64,000 bases of DNA, taken from assembly GCA_052389555.1 (NCBI GenBank), contig JBQTHV010000014.1:1427-65426 (forward strand), given 5' to 3'. The notes beneath the pieces were generated by a model, which saw nothing but the letters and a program-made list of their open reading frames with translations, was not told the origin of the DNA and did not search any database. Position 1 is the first letter of the stretch. Every line of letters starts with the position of its first letter. This document shows positions 8,539 to 18,367 of the stretch, one piece after another. A program made the translations under genes and the position numbers. The DNA is from Gemmatimonadales bacterium. GTDB lineage: Bacteria; Gemmatimonadota; Gemmatimonadetes; Gemmatimonadales; GWC2-71-9.

Positions 8539-9102
8539 GTGACCGCGCGGTGCGCCTGGCCCCGGACCGAGCTCGACATCGCGTATCACGATGTCGAGTG
8601 GGGCACCCCAGTCCATGACGACCGGCTGCTCTTCGAGTTCCTGACTCTGGAGGGAGCGCAGGCCGGGCTCAGCTGGTCCACCATCCTCAAGAAGCGGCCC
8701 CACTACCGGCGTGCCTTTGGGGAGTTCGATCCCTCCACCGTAGCGAGATTCACTACGCGAAGCCTAACCCGGCTCATGAACGATCCCGGCCTGGTCCGGA
8801 ACCGGCTCAAACTCGAGAGCACGGTCTCGAATGCGAGAGCATTCCTGGCTGTCCAGGGCGAGTTCGGCTCGTTCGATGCCTATCTTTGGCGGTTCGTGGA
8901 CGGGAGGCCCAGGCAGAACGCCTGGCGGTCTCTGCGCCAGATCCCGGTCCGCACCCGGGAATCTGATCAGCTCAGCAAAGACCTGCGACAGCGGGGCTTC
9001 CGATTCGTCGGTTCCACCATCTGCTATGCCTTCATGCAGGCAGTGGGCATGGTGAACGATCACGTCGTCACTTGTTTTCGGTATCGCCAGCTCTGTCCAT
9101 AG
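8539..9102 (+). CDS. tag: DNA-3-methyladenine glycosylase I
   Basis: RCAW...YHDVEWG, LEGAQAGLSWSTIL, GFRFVGSTICYAFMQAVGMVNDH..C. Confidence 0.95.
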   Translation: MTARCAWPRTELDIAYHDVEWGTPVHDDRLLFEFLTLEGAQAGLSWSTILKKRPHYRRAFGEFDPSTVARFTTRSLTRLMNDPGLVRNRLKLESTVSNARAFLAVQGEFGSFDAYLWRFVDGRPRQNAWRSLRQIPVRTRESDQLSKDLRQRGFRFVGSTICYAFMQAVGMVNDHVVTCFRYRQLCP

Positions 9103-9111
9103 CCAATAACC

Positions 9112-9498
9112 ATGTCCATTCGGGTAGTTCAGCTCGGTAGTCCTCGCGCCCCGGGCGAGGGGCTCCGGCTCGGTACCGTGCGGCGCCCGCCCCGCGGTGT
9201 TCCGAAGACGGAATACTCCCGCCGGAACTTCTATGACCTCTGGTTGCCTGAGCTCGCACCTTCCGAGGCGCTGGTCAAACTCGCCATGCGCGCCCGGGAC
9301 GAACGGGGATGGAGTCGCTTCGTATGGGGTTACCGCGCCGAGATGAAGCGACCGCCGGCGGCGCGGCTCCTGGACCTTCTGGCCGGGTTCTCCCCGCACG
9401 CCGACTTCTCGGTCGGCTGCTATTGCGAGGATCCGACGCGCTGCCATCGGTCGATTCTCCAGGAACTGCTCCGCGAGCATGGAGCTCGCCTGGCATGA
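9112..9498 (+). CDS. DUF488 family protein
   Basis: GEGLRLGTVRRPPRGV...WLPELAPS...CYCED..CHRS. Confidence 0.85.
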   Translation: MSIRVVQLGSPRAPGEGLRLGTVRRPPRGVPKTEYSRRNFYDLWLPELAPSEALVKLAMRARDERGWSRFVWGYRAEMKRPPAARLLDLLAGFSPHADFSVGCYCEDPTRCHRSILQELLREHGARLA

Positions 9499-9923
9499 CG
9501 CCGTCGGCTCCTCCCGCCATTCGGTTCGAGGCTGCCATCCCGCAGTTCACGGTGGCCGACGTGGTCCGCACCGCCGAGTACTATCGCGACGTCCTGGGTT
9601 TCCAGATTGCGGGGTACTGGGATGGAGCGCAGGTGAGCCTGAACACCGAGCCGCCGCCGGTATTCGGGATCGTCTGGAGGGACCAGATCTCGATCCACTT
9701 GAACCGTGCCGATCAACCCGACGTTCGCACCGGTCGCGCCGAAGGCGCGTATGACGTCTATCTTCGGGTGAAGGGTCTGGACGCGCTGGCTGCCGAGCTG
9801 CGCGGCCGCGGTGCCGACATTCTCGACGGCCCCGAGGACCGTATCTATGGCCAGCGAGAGCTGGTCGTACAAGACTGCAACGGATTGATCCTGGCGTTCG
9901 GTGAGGAGATCCCCCGTCCGTGA
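9495..9923 (+). CDS. VOC/glyoxalase/bleomycin-resistance family protein
   Basis: VADVVRTAEYYRDVLGF...YGQRELVVQDCNG.ILAFG; ATGA overlap. Confidence 0.85.
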   Translation: MTPSAPPAIRFEAAIPQFTVADVVRTAEYYRDVLGFQIAGYWDGAQVSLNTEPPPVFGIVWRDQISIHLNRADQPDVRTGRAEGAYDVYLRVKGLDALAAELRGRGADILDGPEDRIYGQRELVVQDCNGLILAFGEEIPRP

Positions 9924-10159
9924 CGAGCCCATCCGGAGGGTTCGAGTCCGGTCCGAGTCGCCCGCCTACGCTCCGCCAGATTGCCGGCGTCCTCGTGGTG
10001 CTGGCGATCGGGATCGGCGTTCCACTGCTTCTCGAACCCCGAATTCCGCGCCAGTTTGAGCGCGCGATACCGTATCTCACCGGGCTGGTCGCGTGGACCT
10101 GGGTCGGCTATCGCGTCATCCGCTGGCTTCTTGGCATGACCAGGACCCCGGAGACGTGA
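9920..10159 (+). CDS. Small two-TM membrane protein
   Basis: Two hydrophobic helices; GTGA overlap with the upstream gene. Confidence 0.55.
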   Translation: MTSPSGGFESGPSRPPTLRQIAGVLVVLAIGIGVPLLLEPRIPRQFERAIPYLTGLVAWTWVGYRVIRWLLGMTRTPET

Positions 10160-10169
10160 GGAGGATCCG

Positions 10170-10643
10170 ATGAATCGCATGCCTCGTACCGCCGCGGGTG
10201 CCCGTGCATCGTCCGGTCTGGCCGCGTTGCTCCTTCTGGTCAATGCCTGCGGAACGAGCACACCATCCCAGGAATTGCTGGTGACGGGACAGGATTACGC
10301 GTTCCAGCTGCCCGACAGCATGCCGCCCGGCCTGGTGGCCTTTCGGTTCTACAACTCCGGCAAGGTTCCGCACGAGATGGGAGTCAGCCCCCGCAAGCCT
10401 GGGGTAACTCTGGCCCAGGTTCTCGAGCTGGACCGCCGGGGTGGAAACGTCGATTCGCTCTTTGAAGGCATCGTCGGTATTCTGATCGTGAATCCGGGCG
10501 ATACGGCGGTCGGCCGGCTGCTGGTGGACCTGGAGCCGGGCCGTACCTACGTCTTCTGGTGCAACTTCCAGGACGCTCCCGACCAGCCCAGGCATATCAA
10601 CCTTGGCATGATCCGCAGCCTGGATTTCGGCCTAACCCGCTAG
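10170..10643 (+). CDS. Cupredoxin-like lipoprotein
   Basis: Lipobox-like VNAC; N.G..PHEM and YVFWC..H...GM copper-type ligands. Confidence 0.7.
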   Translation: MNRMPRTAAGARASSGLAALLLLVNACGTSTPSQELLVTGQDYAFQLPDSMPPGLVAFRFYNSGKVPHEMGVSPRKPGVTLAQVLELDRRGGNVDSLFEGIVGILIVNPGDTAVGRLLVDLEPGRTYVFWCNFQDAPDQPRHINLGMIRSLDFGLTR

Positions 10644-10645
10644 CG

Positions 10646-11113
10646 ATGGGTCGCCCGGAAGCGGTGATCTTCTGCGGTATTCAGGGCGCCGGGAAGACCA
10701 GCTTCTATCGCGATCGGTTCTTCGATACCCACGTCCGGCTGAGTCTCGACCTGCTGGGGACCCGCCGGCGCGAACAGGTGCTGGTGGCCGCATGCCTGGA
10801 CGCCAAGCAGTCGTTCGTGATCGACAACACCAACGTAACCCGCGCCGATCGGGCCCACTATGTCGAGCCGGCCCACGCGGCCGGGTTTCGGGTCGTCTGC
10901 TATTTCTTTCCTGCCGACCCGAAGGCCGCCCTCGCAAGGAACCTCAGGCGGCCTGGCAAGGCGGCGGTTCCCCCGCCGGCCGTCCTTGGCACCGCGAAGC
11001 GGCTCGAGCCTCCCTCGCTGGATGAAGGATTCGATGCGCTGTATCAGGTCGAGCTGGTCGAACCCGAAGGCTTTTCGCTCGTCGAGCTCAGCGAACCCCA
11101 ACGCTCCCTTTGA
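10646..11113 (+). CDS. P-loop kinase / AAA_33 family protein
   Basis: GIQGAGKTS Walker A, VIDNTN, P..DEGFD. Confidence 0.85.
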   Translation: MGRPEAVIFCGIQGAGKTSFYRDRFFDTHVRLSLDLLGTRRREQVLVAACLDAKQSFVIDNTNVTRADRAHYVEPAHAAGFRVVCYFFPADPKAALARNLRRPGKAAVPPPAVLGTAKRLEPPSLDEGFDALYQVELVEPEGFSLVELSEPQRSL

Positions 11114-12515
11114 CGGCCTCGAGCAGCTTGGGCGAGTCGTAGCCTACGCCGTCCTTGAACACCAGCGTCGTGTTACGGATGTCGGCCGGCCGTGCGTTCG
11201 GATCGCCCCGCACGACCGCGAGGTCCGCGATCTTGCCGGTCTCGATCGAGCCCAGGTCCTGGTCCACGCCGAGGATCCGGGCGCCGTTCAGGGTCATGAT
11301 CCGGATCGACTCCACCGGAGAGAAACCCGCCTCGACGAGCAGCTCGTGATTACGCTGATCGCCGAAACCGGGAAGCGCGCCGCCATTCCCGGTCGGGTCC
11401 ACCCCGGCGCCGAGGAGACCTCCGGCGGCCACGAAGGCGCGCTCGAACTCCATCGCCTTGCGGAAGACTTCGGGAGCAATCCCGGCGCGCGGGTTGTCGG
11501 CGATTCGCTGGCGCGAGGCGAGGTATTCTTCGCGCGTCTCGGGGGACATGGCTTCAAGCATTCGCGAATCGAGCTCCGGCGGCCGATTGGGCACGAAGAG
11601 CTCGTAGACCGCGAGCGTCGAGGTCATGGCCACTTTGTGCTTGACCATGTCTTCGATGGTCGCGCGGACGGCCGGTCCGCCGATCTCCACGCTGGCGAGG
11701 CTCTGGCCCGCAGAACCCGGACACTGATCGGGCTGCTTGCTGGAATCGTATTCGGCGTTGGCGAACAGCCCGTGCTCGAGCGCGTCGATCCCTAGTGCCA
11801 CCGCCTCACGGTATCCGACCGAGCAGAGGTGGCCGGTGAGCTTGAGACCGCGCTGGTGGGCCTCCTCGATCGCCGCCTTCATCTCATCGCGGGTGATCAG
11901 GGTGTAGAACTTGAACCAGGTGGCTCCCTCGCCGGCCCAATAGGCCACGACCCGCCGGGCGTCGTCGGGGGTACCGACCTGATACATGCCGGAGCCCGCG
12001 CCCTCCCCGCTGATGTAAGGACCGGTAACGTGCAGGCGGGGCCCGGCGACCTCGCCGGCCTCGATCGCCTTCTTGAGGTTGAGCTCCGCATAGGGCGACA
12101 TGCTGCCGGTGGTGCGGATCGTGGTGACCCCGCTGGCGAGATACAGGAGGCGTGCGGAGAAGTTCGCCTGGATGCTGCGGCGCGGAGTCGTGTAGAACGT
12201 GTGGTCGTGCAGCCCGATGATCCCGGGGACCACGGTATGGCCGGACAAATCCATAACCCGCGCGCCGGCGGGCGCCGGAGTCGAGGCGGCCGGGCCCACC
12301 CGGGCAATGCGGCCGTTCGCAATGACGATCGTTTGATCCTCACGGGCCGGCGCACCGGTGCCATCGATCACCCGCACGTGGGTCAGGGCCACGACCGGCT
12401 CGGGGACCGCCACCATGGTTCGGGGTCCGGTGCCAAGCCGGTCGAACGACTGGGCCCGCAGGCTCGGGGCGATGCCGAGGAGCAGGAGCGGAACGGCTCG
12501 CAGGGCGTACGGCAT
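11088..12515 (-). CDS. Secreted amidohydrolase family protein
   Basis: PGIIGLHDH, GVTTIR, GSIETGKIADL; signal peptide. Confidence 0.9.
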   Translation of the reverse strand: MPYALRAVPLLLLGIAPSLRAQSFDRLGTGPRTMVAVPEPVVALTHVRVIDGTGAPAREDQTIVIANGRIARVGPAASTPAPAGARVMDLSGHTVVPGIIGLHDHTFYTTPRRSIQANFSARLLYLASGVTTIRTTGSMSPYAELNLKKAIEAGEVAGPRLHVTGPYISGEGAGSGMYQVGTPDDARRVVAYWAGEGATWFKFYTLITRDEMKAAIEEAHQRGLKLTGHLCSVGYREAVALGIDALEHGLFANAEYDSSKQPDQCPGSAGQSLASVEIGGPAVRATIEDMVKHKVAMTSTLAVYELFVPNRPPELDSRMLEAMSPETREEYLASRQRIADNPRAGIAPEVFRKAMEFERAFVAAGGLLGAGVDPTGNGGALPGFGDQRNHELLVEAGFSPVESIRIMTLNGARILGVDQDLGSIETGKIADLAVVRGDPNARPADIRNTTLVFKDGVGYDSPKLLEAVKGSVGVR

Positions 12516-12536
12516 GGGGATTCTCCAAACAGCGGG

Positions 12537-14663
12537 TTAGGGTGATACCGTCACGACGGTCTTCATGCCGGCTTCCAGGTGCTCCGCAATGTGGCAATGC
12601 AGCATCCAGCGGCCCGGGTTGGTGAGCTCGACCAGGAGCTCGATCACGCTGCCCACCGGGACCAGCACCGTGTCCTTCCACATGAGATTCTCGGTCCGCC
12701 GGCCGTTCACGGCAAGGACCAGGAATCGTTGCCCGTGCAGATGAATCGGGTGCGCCATCGGGTGGAGGGTATGGCGGTCGTTCACCAGCCGCAAGCGGAC
12801 CAGATCGCCCACCCGGAATCGCCACCCGATCTCCTCGTTCTCCCGCCCGGTGGCAGTGTCGCGGAGCACCCACCCTACCTGGTCGGTGGTGGCGAGCCAG
12901 TCCATCATCGGCATGGTCCCACTCCACTCCACCGGGTTCACGAACAGGGTATCGAATCGGAGGAGCTGGACCAGCGGAAAGGGGAGTCCCCGGTCCCGAA
13001 GCGACAGCACGACCGTGGCGTCCGGAGCCCGGTCGTAGTGCGGCCGGTAACGCTCGATGTCCCGGCGGACGTCGTCGTGGGATCGCAGCCGGCGGAAATC
13101 TCCGGGCGGGCCGGCGGCCGGGTTTGGCTCGACCTCGACCGTCCCGAGGCTATCGACCTCCGGGAAGAAGCGGCCGAGCGTGTGGTCGATCGCCTGCACG
13201 TGATTGACCAGCGCAGTCCGACCGGGCCGCCCGAACTCGACGTCTACGATATACCGCTCGGCGGGCGCGAGGACCACGCTCTCCACCCACTCCTCCCGTT
13301 GCGTCCGCCCCAAGTCGGCGCCCACCAGCTTCATCCGGGTGCCGGGAACCGAAACATTGAAGGTGCGGGTATTGGCCGCGTTGGTCAGGTAGAAGCGCAC
13401 CACCTCGCCCTGGCGGACCCGGAGCCGGTATGACGAGGCCGGCTCACCGTTGATGAGGAAGAGGTTGCCGAAGCGGCCCATCAGGGCGTGGGTGGCGCGC
13501 TCGCTCCCGTGCGGGAACGCATCTCCCTGGGCATCGAGCAGCAGGTCGTCCAGCACGAGGACTTCTTCCCGGTCTGCCGGTCCATAACCCGCGCCCGCGG
13601 TTTCCCGCACCAGCAGGTTGCCGTACAGGCCGAGGTCCTGCTGGACATCCTCCCGATGGTGCGGGTGATACCAGTAGATGCCGGGATCGGGGAAATGCAC
13701 CTCGTACCGGAAGGAGTCGCCCGGCGCGACCGGCGGCTGGGTCACGTGGGGCACCCCGTCCGACCGGTTGTCGAGCCGGATGCCGTGCCAGTGGATGCCG
13801 GTGGGCCAGGGGGTCCGATTCACGAAGCGCACCCGGATGGTCGCGCCCTGCGTGAGCTCGAGCAGGGGACCCGGCTGCTGCCCGTTGAAGCCGTACTGGA
13901 ACAGGACCCTGGTTCCTAACACGCGCTTCACCGGGCCGGCTTCGAGCCGCAGGGAGTCGCCATCCTGGAGCCGGAGCAGGGAACGCCCCCGGACCGGCGG
14001 AGCCAGGGCGGCCGCACCGGAATCCGGAACCAGCGGCGCAGCGTTGGGGCCCAACCCCGCCAGGGCCGGCATGTACATCGTGGAGGCCTGGGGATGCAGG
14101 GGCGGAATGGGCCAGCCGTTCGCATGGTGGATCGGGTGCTCCGGGGCCGGTACGGCGGCCTGGACCAGATGGGGCGCGCCGAGCCGCATGCTCGGGGAGA
14201 ACCCGCGCAGGACGTACCGTCCCGAGGGGCGCGTCACCTGCGGGTTAGGTTCAACCGAGACAAATACCACGAAGCGGTTGAGGGCGATCTCTCCCACCGG
14301 CACGGCGCCCCGGCTGCCGGGAGGCAGCTCGCCCAGCCGGATCATGGGTGCGAGCGCCGGCGGCGCGGCCCACACCACGAACGTCGTGTAGGGCCCCAGG
14401 GAGCCCGGGTTAGGCAGGGAATCGGCGGAGACCAGCAGGGTGTACCGGTGGACCCCCTCCCGGGTCACCGCCGCGGTGAACGGCGAGGGCGCCGGCCGGA
14501 GCTCGGCGGTGCCGCTGAACCGCCGGAGCTCGGGGGTGCCGATGAGCTCGATGGTGTAGAGGTCGGGGGCGGGCGACTGGGCACACAAAAGGTAAGAGGT
14601 AAGAGGTAAGAGGTGAGAGAGAAACGATCTCCGACTCTTCCTCGTCGACCTCTCACCTCTCAC
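12537..14663 (-). CDS. Multicopper oxidase (start uncertain)
   Basis: All four Cu motifs present: HWHG, YWYHPH, HPIHLHG, HCHIAEHLEAGM. Confidence 0.9.
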   Translation of the reverse strand: MRGERSTRKSRRSFLSHLLPLTSYLLCAQSPAPDLYTIELIGTPELRRFSGTAELRPAPSPFTAAVTREGVHRYTLLVSADSLPNPGSLGPYTTFVVWAAPPALAPMIRLGELPPGSRGAVPVGEIALNRFVVFVSVEPNPQVTRPSGRYVLRGFSPSMRLGAPHLVQAAVPAPEHPIHHANGWPIPPLHPQASTMYMPALAGLGPNAAPLVPDSGAAALAPPVRGRSLLRLQDGDSLRLEAGPVKRVLGTRVLFQYGFNGQQPGPLLELTQGATIRVRFVNRTPWPTGIHWHGIRLDNRSDGVPHVTQPPVAPGDSFRYEVHFPDPGIYWYHPHHREDVQQDLGLYGNLLVRETAGAGYGPADREEVLVLDDLLLDAQGDAFPHGSERATHALMGRFGNLFLINGEPASSYRLRVRQGEVVRFYLTNAANTRTFNVSVPGTRMKLVGADLGRTQREEWVESVVLAPAERYIVDVEFGRPGRTALVNHVQAIDHTLGRFFPEVDSLGTVEVEPNPAAGPPGDFRRLRSHDDVRRDIERYRPHYDRAPDATVVLSLRDRGLPFPLVQLLRFDTLFVNPVEWSGTMPMMDWLATTDQVGWVLRDTATGRENEEIGWRFRVGDLVRLRLVNDRHTLHPMAHPIHLHGQRFLVLAVNGRRTENLMWKDTVLVPVGSVIELLVELTNPGRWMLHCHIAEHLEAGMKTVVTVSP

Positions 14664-14705
14664 TTCTCACCTCTCACCTCTTACCTCTCACCGCTCACCT
14701 CTTAC
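14589..14705. repeat. Inverted pair of heptamer arrays (AGGTAAG)n / (CTCTCAC)n
   Basis: About 4 units at 14589-14620 complementary to about 8 units at 14649-14705. Confidence 0.85.
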
Positions 14706-17700
14706 GGCTTCACCCCCGCCTGGGTTCGCTCGGGCCCCAGCTTGCTCCAGGCCTGGGTACTCAGCGCACGCTCTCGCGGATAGATCTCCTTGAGCGTCCC
14801 GCCTTCGTAGAGCCGGCCGTTCTTCATCACGTATCGGAGCTGCCCGACGTTCCGCAGATCGGCCAGCGGGTCGGCGTCCACCACCAGCAGGTCGGCCAGC
14901 TTGCCGGCCTCGATGCTGCCGATATCGGTGCTCAAACCGATTGCCTCGGCGCCCAGAATTGTTGCAGCGCGCAGCACGTCATGCGGTTTCGCCCCGCCCG
15001 ATCCCATGGCCCAGAGCTCCCAGAGGTATCCCACCCCTTGGATCTGCCCATGGCTTCCCACCGCTACCCGGGCGGTGTCCTCCAGCATGCGCTTCACGAA
15101 CTGGGCGTGCTTGGGGAACACCTGCTCCTCGTCCAGCGCCCAGAACCCGCGCCGGCGGGTTCGCAGGTCGATGCTCTCCTCCGGAACGAACCGGCGCAGC
15201 TTGGGATCGTCGTGCACCTCCTCGTGCTGGTAGTAGTAGTTCTCCGCGAAGGGGCCCCCGTAGGAGACGATCAGGGTCGGGCTGTTGGTCGTCTGGCTCG
15301 CCTTGAAGACCTTCACCACGTCCTCGTAGATCGGTGCAACCGGCAGCGCATGCTCGACGCCCGAGTAGCCATCGATCACGTGGGTCAGGTTGAGCCGGAA
15401 GTCGAGGCCGCCCTCGGTGGTCGGCATGAGGCCCAGGTGCCGGGCCGCCTGGATGATCCACTGCCGTTGCTGCCGGTTGCCGCTCATGTACATCTTGAGC
15501 GTCTTGGTGTCGTAGTAGTGGCTGTAGCGTTTGAGCACGCTCACTGCATGGGCCGAGTCGCGGATGTTCTCACTCAGGAACACGCCGGGCCCGGTCGAGT
15601 AGATGCGAGGGCCGACCATCTCGCCGATGGCGACGCGGTCCTGATAGCTCAGCACGTCGGTGGAGCCGGTTTGCGGGTCGCGGGTCGTGGTAACGCCAAA
15701 GGCCAGCGTGGCGAGATACTGCCACGCCTGCCGGGGATGGATTTCCGGCACCAGCCACTGGGGGTGATAGTGCGTATCGATGAAGCCCGGGAGAATGGTC
15801 TTGCCGGAGACATCGATGATGCGCGCGCCGGCCGGCACGGTGACCGAATCGCGCGGCCCCACCCCGACGATGCGCTCGTCGGTGATGACGACATCGGCAT
15901 TCTCGATGACCTGGTGGCCTTTCATCGAAACCACCCGCGCCCCGCGCAGCACTACGCTGCCCCCCGGGACGTCCCGCGGCATCCGCACCACGACCCGTTG
16001 CTCGGCGGGTTTGTAGGTGGTCGTGTCGGCCCTCAGGCTATCGAGGCCGGCCCGCACCGAGTCCGCATTATTGCGCATGGCCAGGGCCCGCGCCCGGATC
16101 CGGTCCGCAGCTTGAATCAGGGAATCGGCCCGGGCCTGGACCGAATCGGCGAGCAGGCGGGCCAGCCGGGCGCGGAGCGAGTCGGGAACCGCCGCAGCGG
16201 CGCGGGTCAGGCTGTCGACCGTCCGCCGGGTCGTGCGCAGCGTGTCCAAGAGGTGCCTAACCCGCAACGCCCGGCCCACCGTGGCGCGCTGCTCGCGCTG
16301 GGTGCTGTCTTCGATCGCCCTCACCCGGGACAGATCGTAGGTCAGGAACGCATTCCCGATGGCCCAGTGAACCCGGTTGCCGTCGGCGCTCCACGAGGGG
16401 AACTCTCCCCCGATGTCGGTCAGCTGGCGCACCGTGACCGGCGCAGCCTGCGGAGCCGCGACCGAGATGACCGGGACCGGCCCCCCGACCTCCGGAATGT
16501 CGACCACATAGAGGTGATTGCCGACCTGCGCCACCGCGCGGCCGCCCCGGGGCGAAATCATGACGAGATCCGCCGGCGGCGGAGCGCCCGCCTCGGCGGG
16601 TTGGGCGCCGGATTGCTCGTCGGCAAAGACCGGGAACACCCGCCGGGGCATCACTTGCCAGGGCTCCGGATGGGGGTTCGCTCCGATCGGCGGCGGCGCG
16701 CCGCGCACCTGGAGGTGCTGCTTGACGTCGGTACCATCCCACCGGAACGAGACCAGTCCTTCCGAGAAACTGTAGGCGTAAATGCGTTCCGGCTGGTCCC
16801 CCCGGAAATGGGCCATGTCCCGGCTGCCGGTGGGAGCGATCAGGGTGACCGCGCCGCCGGCGGCGGGGACCCACACGAACTCGCCACCCAGAGGGCCAAA
16901 GAAGACATCGGGCGCGCGCTTGAGATCGCGGGCCGCACCGCGAGTAGCCACGAGGCGCCGACCGTCGGGCGACCACGCGAGGTTGTAATACAGCGCCGCG
17001 TCGCGGGTTAACTGCTGCGGTGGTCCGTTGCCGCCGGCCCGCGCGCGCATGATGTGCCCGCCGGCGGAATCGTCCCAGGTCACCCACGCCACCCAGAGAC
17101 CGTCCGGCGACCAAACCGGATGGTACTCACCGGCGTCCGCGCTGGACACGCGCTTGGTGGTGCCGGTTGCCAGATCGCGGACCCAGAGCCGGTCGAACGC
17201 GGTGAAGACGACTCGCTTCCCGTCGGGCGATACGACCGGGTGCCGGATTTGCCTGGCAGTGACCAGCGCGGCGGTATCCACCCGGTAGCGGAACTTCACT
17301 TCCGGGCCGATGTCCACCGACACGGGGGCCTCGAACGGGATCTTCGTCGCGGCGCCGCTGTCGGTCGGAACTCTCCAGATCTCGCCTCCATAGGAGATCA
17401 CGAGCGCCCTGGAGTCGGGCGTGAAGCTGTAGCCCGGCAGCACGTCGAGAGTCGCGCGCGACTCCATGTCGTCCCGCTGGATCGGGTACGCCAGCCAGCG
17501 CTCTTCCCCGGTGGCCAGCTCGCGGATCCGAAGCCCGGTCTCGGCGTTGTAGCGGGTTCCGTAGACCAGCCACTTTCCGTCGGGAGAGATGGCGGGCCGG
17601 AAGCCGGATCCGTAGCGCGTCGTCATGAGCGCCGAGGTGCCCCGCTGCCGGTCATACACGTACAGCTGGTACTGCGGGAACCCGGCGTTGTACTGCCATT

Positions 17701-18367
17701 CGCCGAAGCGCCCCGAGAACCAGATGTAGCGCCCGTCCGGCGTGGGCGCCGGACCGGCGTTCCGGAAGGTCGCGGGGTCCCGGATGACCGGGAGCGGGCT
17801 CCGGCGCTTCACGTTATAGAGGAGGAGCTTGGCCGCGCCTCCTAACCCGCCGGAACGGGCCACGACGATATGCTCGCCGTCGGGCATCCATTCGGGCGAC
17901 TGGTACGCGCTGGTGTTGCCCTGGGTGACCTGCAGGGTATCGGTGTAGTCGAGCCGCAGGACCCAGACGTTGTCTCCGCCGCTTCGGTCGGAGACGAACA
18001 CGACGGACTGGCCGTCCGGACTGAAGCGCGGCTGCGCATCGTACCCCATGCCTTCGGTGATCCGGGTCGCCTTCCCCCCGGCGATCGGCATCGTGTAGAG
18101 ATCGCCCAGGAGATCGAACACGATCGTCTTGCCGTCCGGGCTCACGTCCACCGACATCCAGGTTCCCTTGGTCGCCGTGAAGGTCGCCTTGCGCGCCGCC
18201 GCGAGCGGAAGCGGCCGAGCCGGCGGCTGGGCCCCGGGCGCTCCCGCCGGCGGCTGAGCAGCGAGCGTGCCCGCTCCGACGGTCATCGCCAGGAGCAGGA
18301 CCAGACTGACGACTGAAGACTGACGACTGATAGCTGATAGCTGATCGCTGATAGCTCTCCGTCTCAC
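14702..18367 (-). CDS. TolB-like (PD40) beta-propeller + amidohydrolase fusion, paralog 2
   Basis: GTG 18367 overlaps the upstream TGA; SPDG repeats, PGFIDTHYH, GSHGQ, GSIEAGKLADL. Confidence 0.9.
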   Translation of the reverse strand: MRRRAISDQLSAISRQSSVVSLVLLLAMTVGAGTLAAQPPAGAPGAQPPARPLPLAAARKATFTATKGTWMSVDVSPDGKTIVFDLLGDLYTMPIAGGKATRITEGMGYDAQPRFSPDGQSVVFVSDRSGGDNVWVLRLDYTDTLQVTQGNTSAYQSPEWMPDGEHIVVARSGGLGGAAKLLLYNVKRRSPLPVIRDPATFRNAGPAPTPDGRYIWFSGRFGEWQYNAGFPQYQLYVYDRQRGTSALMTTRYGSGFRPAISPDGKWLVYGTRYNAETGLRIRELATGEERWLAYPIQRDDMESRATLDVLPGYSFTPDSRALVISYGGEIWRVPTDSGAATKIPFEAPVSVDIGPEVKFRYRVDTAALVTARQIRHPVVSPDGKRVVFTAFDRLWVRDLATGTTKRVSSADAGEYHPVWSPDGLWVAWVTWDDSAGGHIMRARAGGNGPPQQLTRDAALYYNLAWSPDGRRLVATRGAARDLKRAPDVFFGPLGGEFVWVPAAGGAVTLIAPTGSRDMAHFRGDQPERIYAYSFSEGLVSFRWDGTDVKQHLQVRGAPPPIGANPHPEPWQVMPRRVFPVFADEQSGAQPAEAGAPPPADLVMISPRGGRAVAQVGNHLYVVDIPEVGGPVPVISVAAPQAAPVTVRQLTDIGGEFPSWSADGNRVHWAIGNAFLTYDLSRVRAIEDSTQREQRATVGRALRVRHLLDTLRTTRRTVDSLTRAAAAVPDSLRARLARLLADSVQARADSLIQAADRIRARALAMRNNADSVRAGLDSLRADTTTYKPAEQRVVVRMPRDVPGGSVVLRGARVVSMKGHQVIENADVVITDERIVGVGPRDSVTVPAGARIIDVSGKTILPGFIDTHYHPQWLVPEIHPRQAWQYLATLAFGVTTTRDPQTGSTDVLSYQDRVAIGEMVGPRIYSTGPGVFLSENIRDSAHAVSVLKRYSHYYDTKTLKMYMSGNRQQRQWIIQAARHLGLMPTTEGGLDFRLNLTHVIDGYSGVEHALPVAPIYEDVVKVFKASQTTNSPTLIVSYGGPFAENYYYQHEEVHDDPKLRRFVPEESIDLRTRRRGFWALDEEQVFPKHAQFVKRMLEDTARVAVGSHGQIQGVGYLWELWAMGSGGAKPHDVLRAATILGAEAIGLSTDIGSIEAGKLADLLVVDADPLADLRNVGQLRYVMKNGRLYEGGTLKEIYPRERALSTQAWSKLGPERTQAGVKP
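18303..18356. repeat. Heptamer array (GACTGAC / GCTGATA units) within signal-peptide coding region
   Basis: gactgacgactgaagactgacgactgatagctgatagctgatcgctgatagct. Confidence 0.8.
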
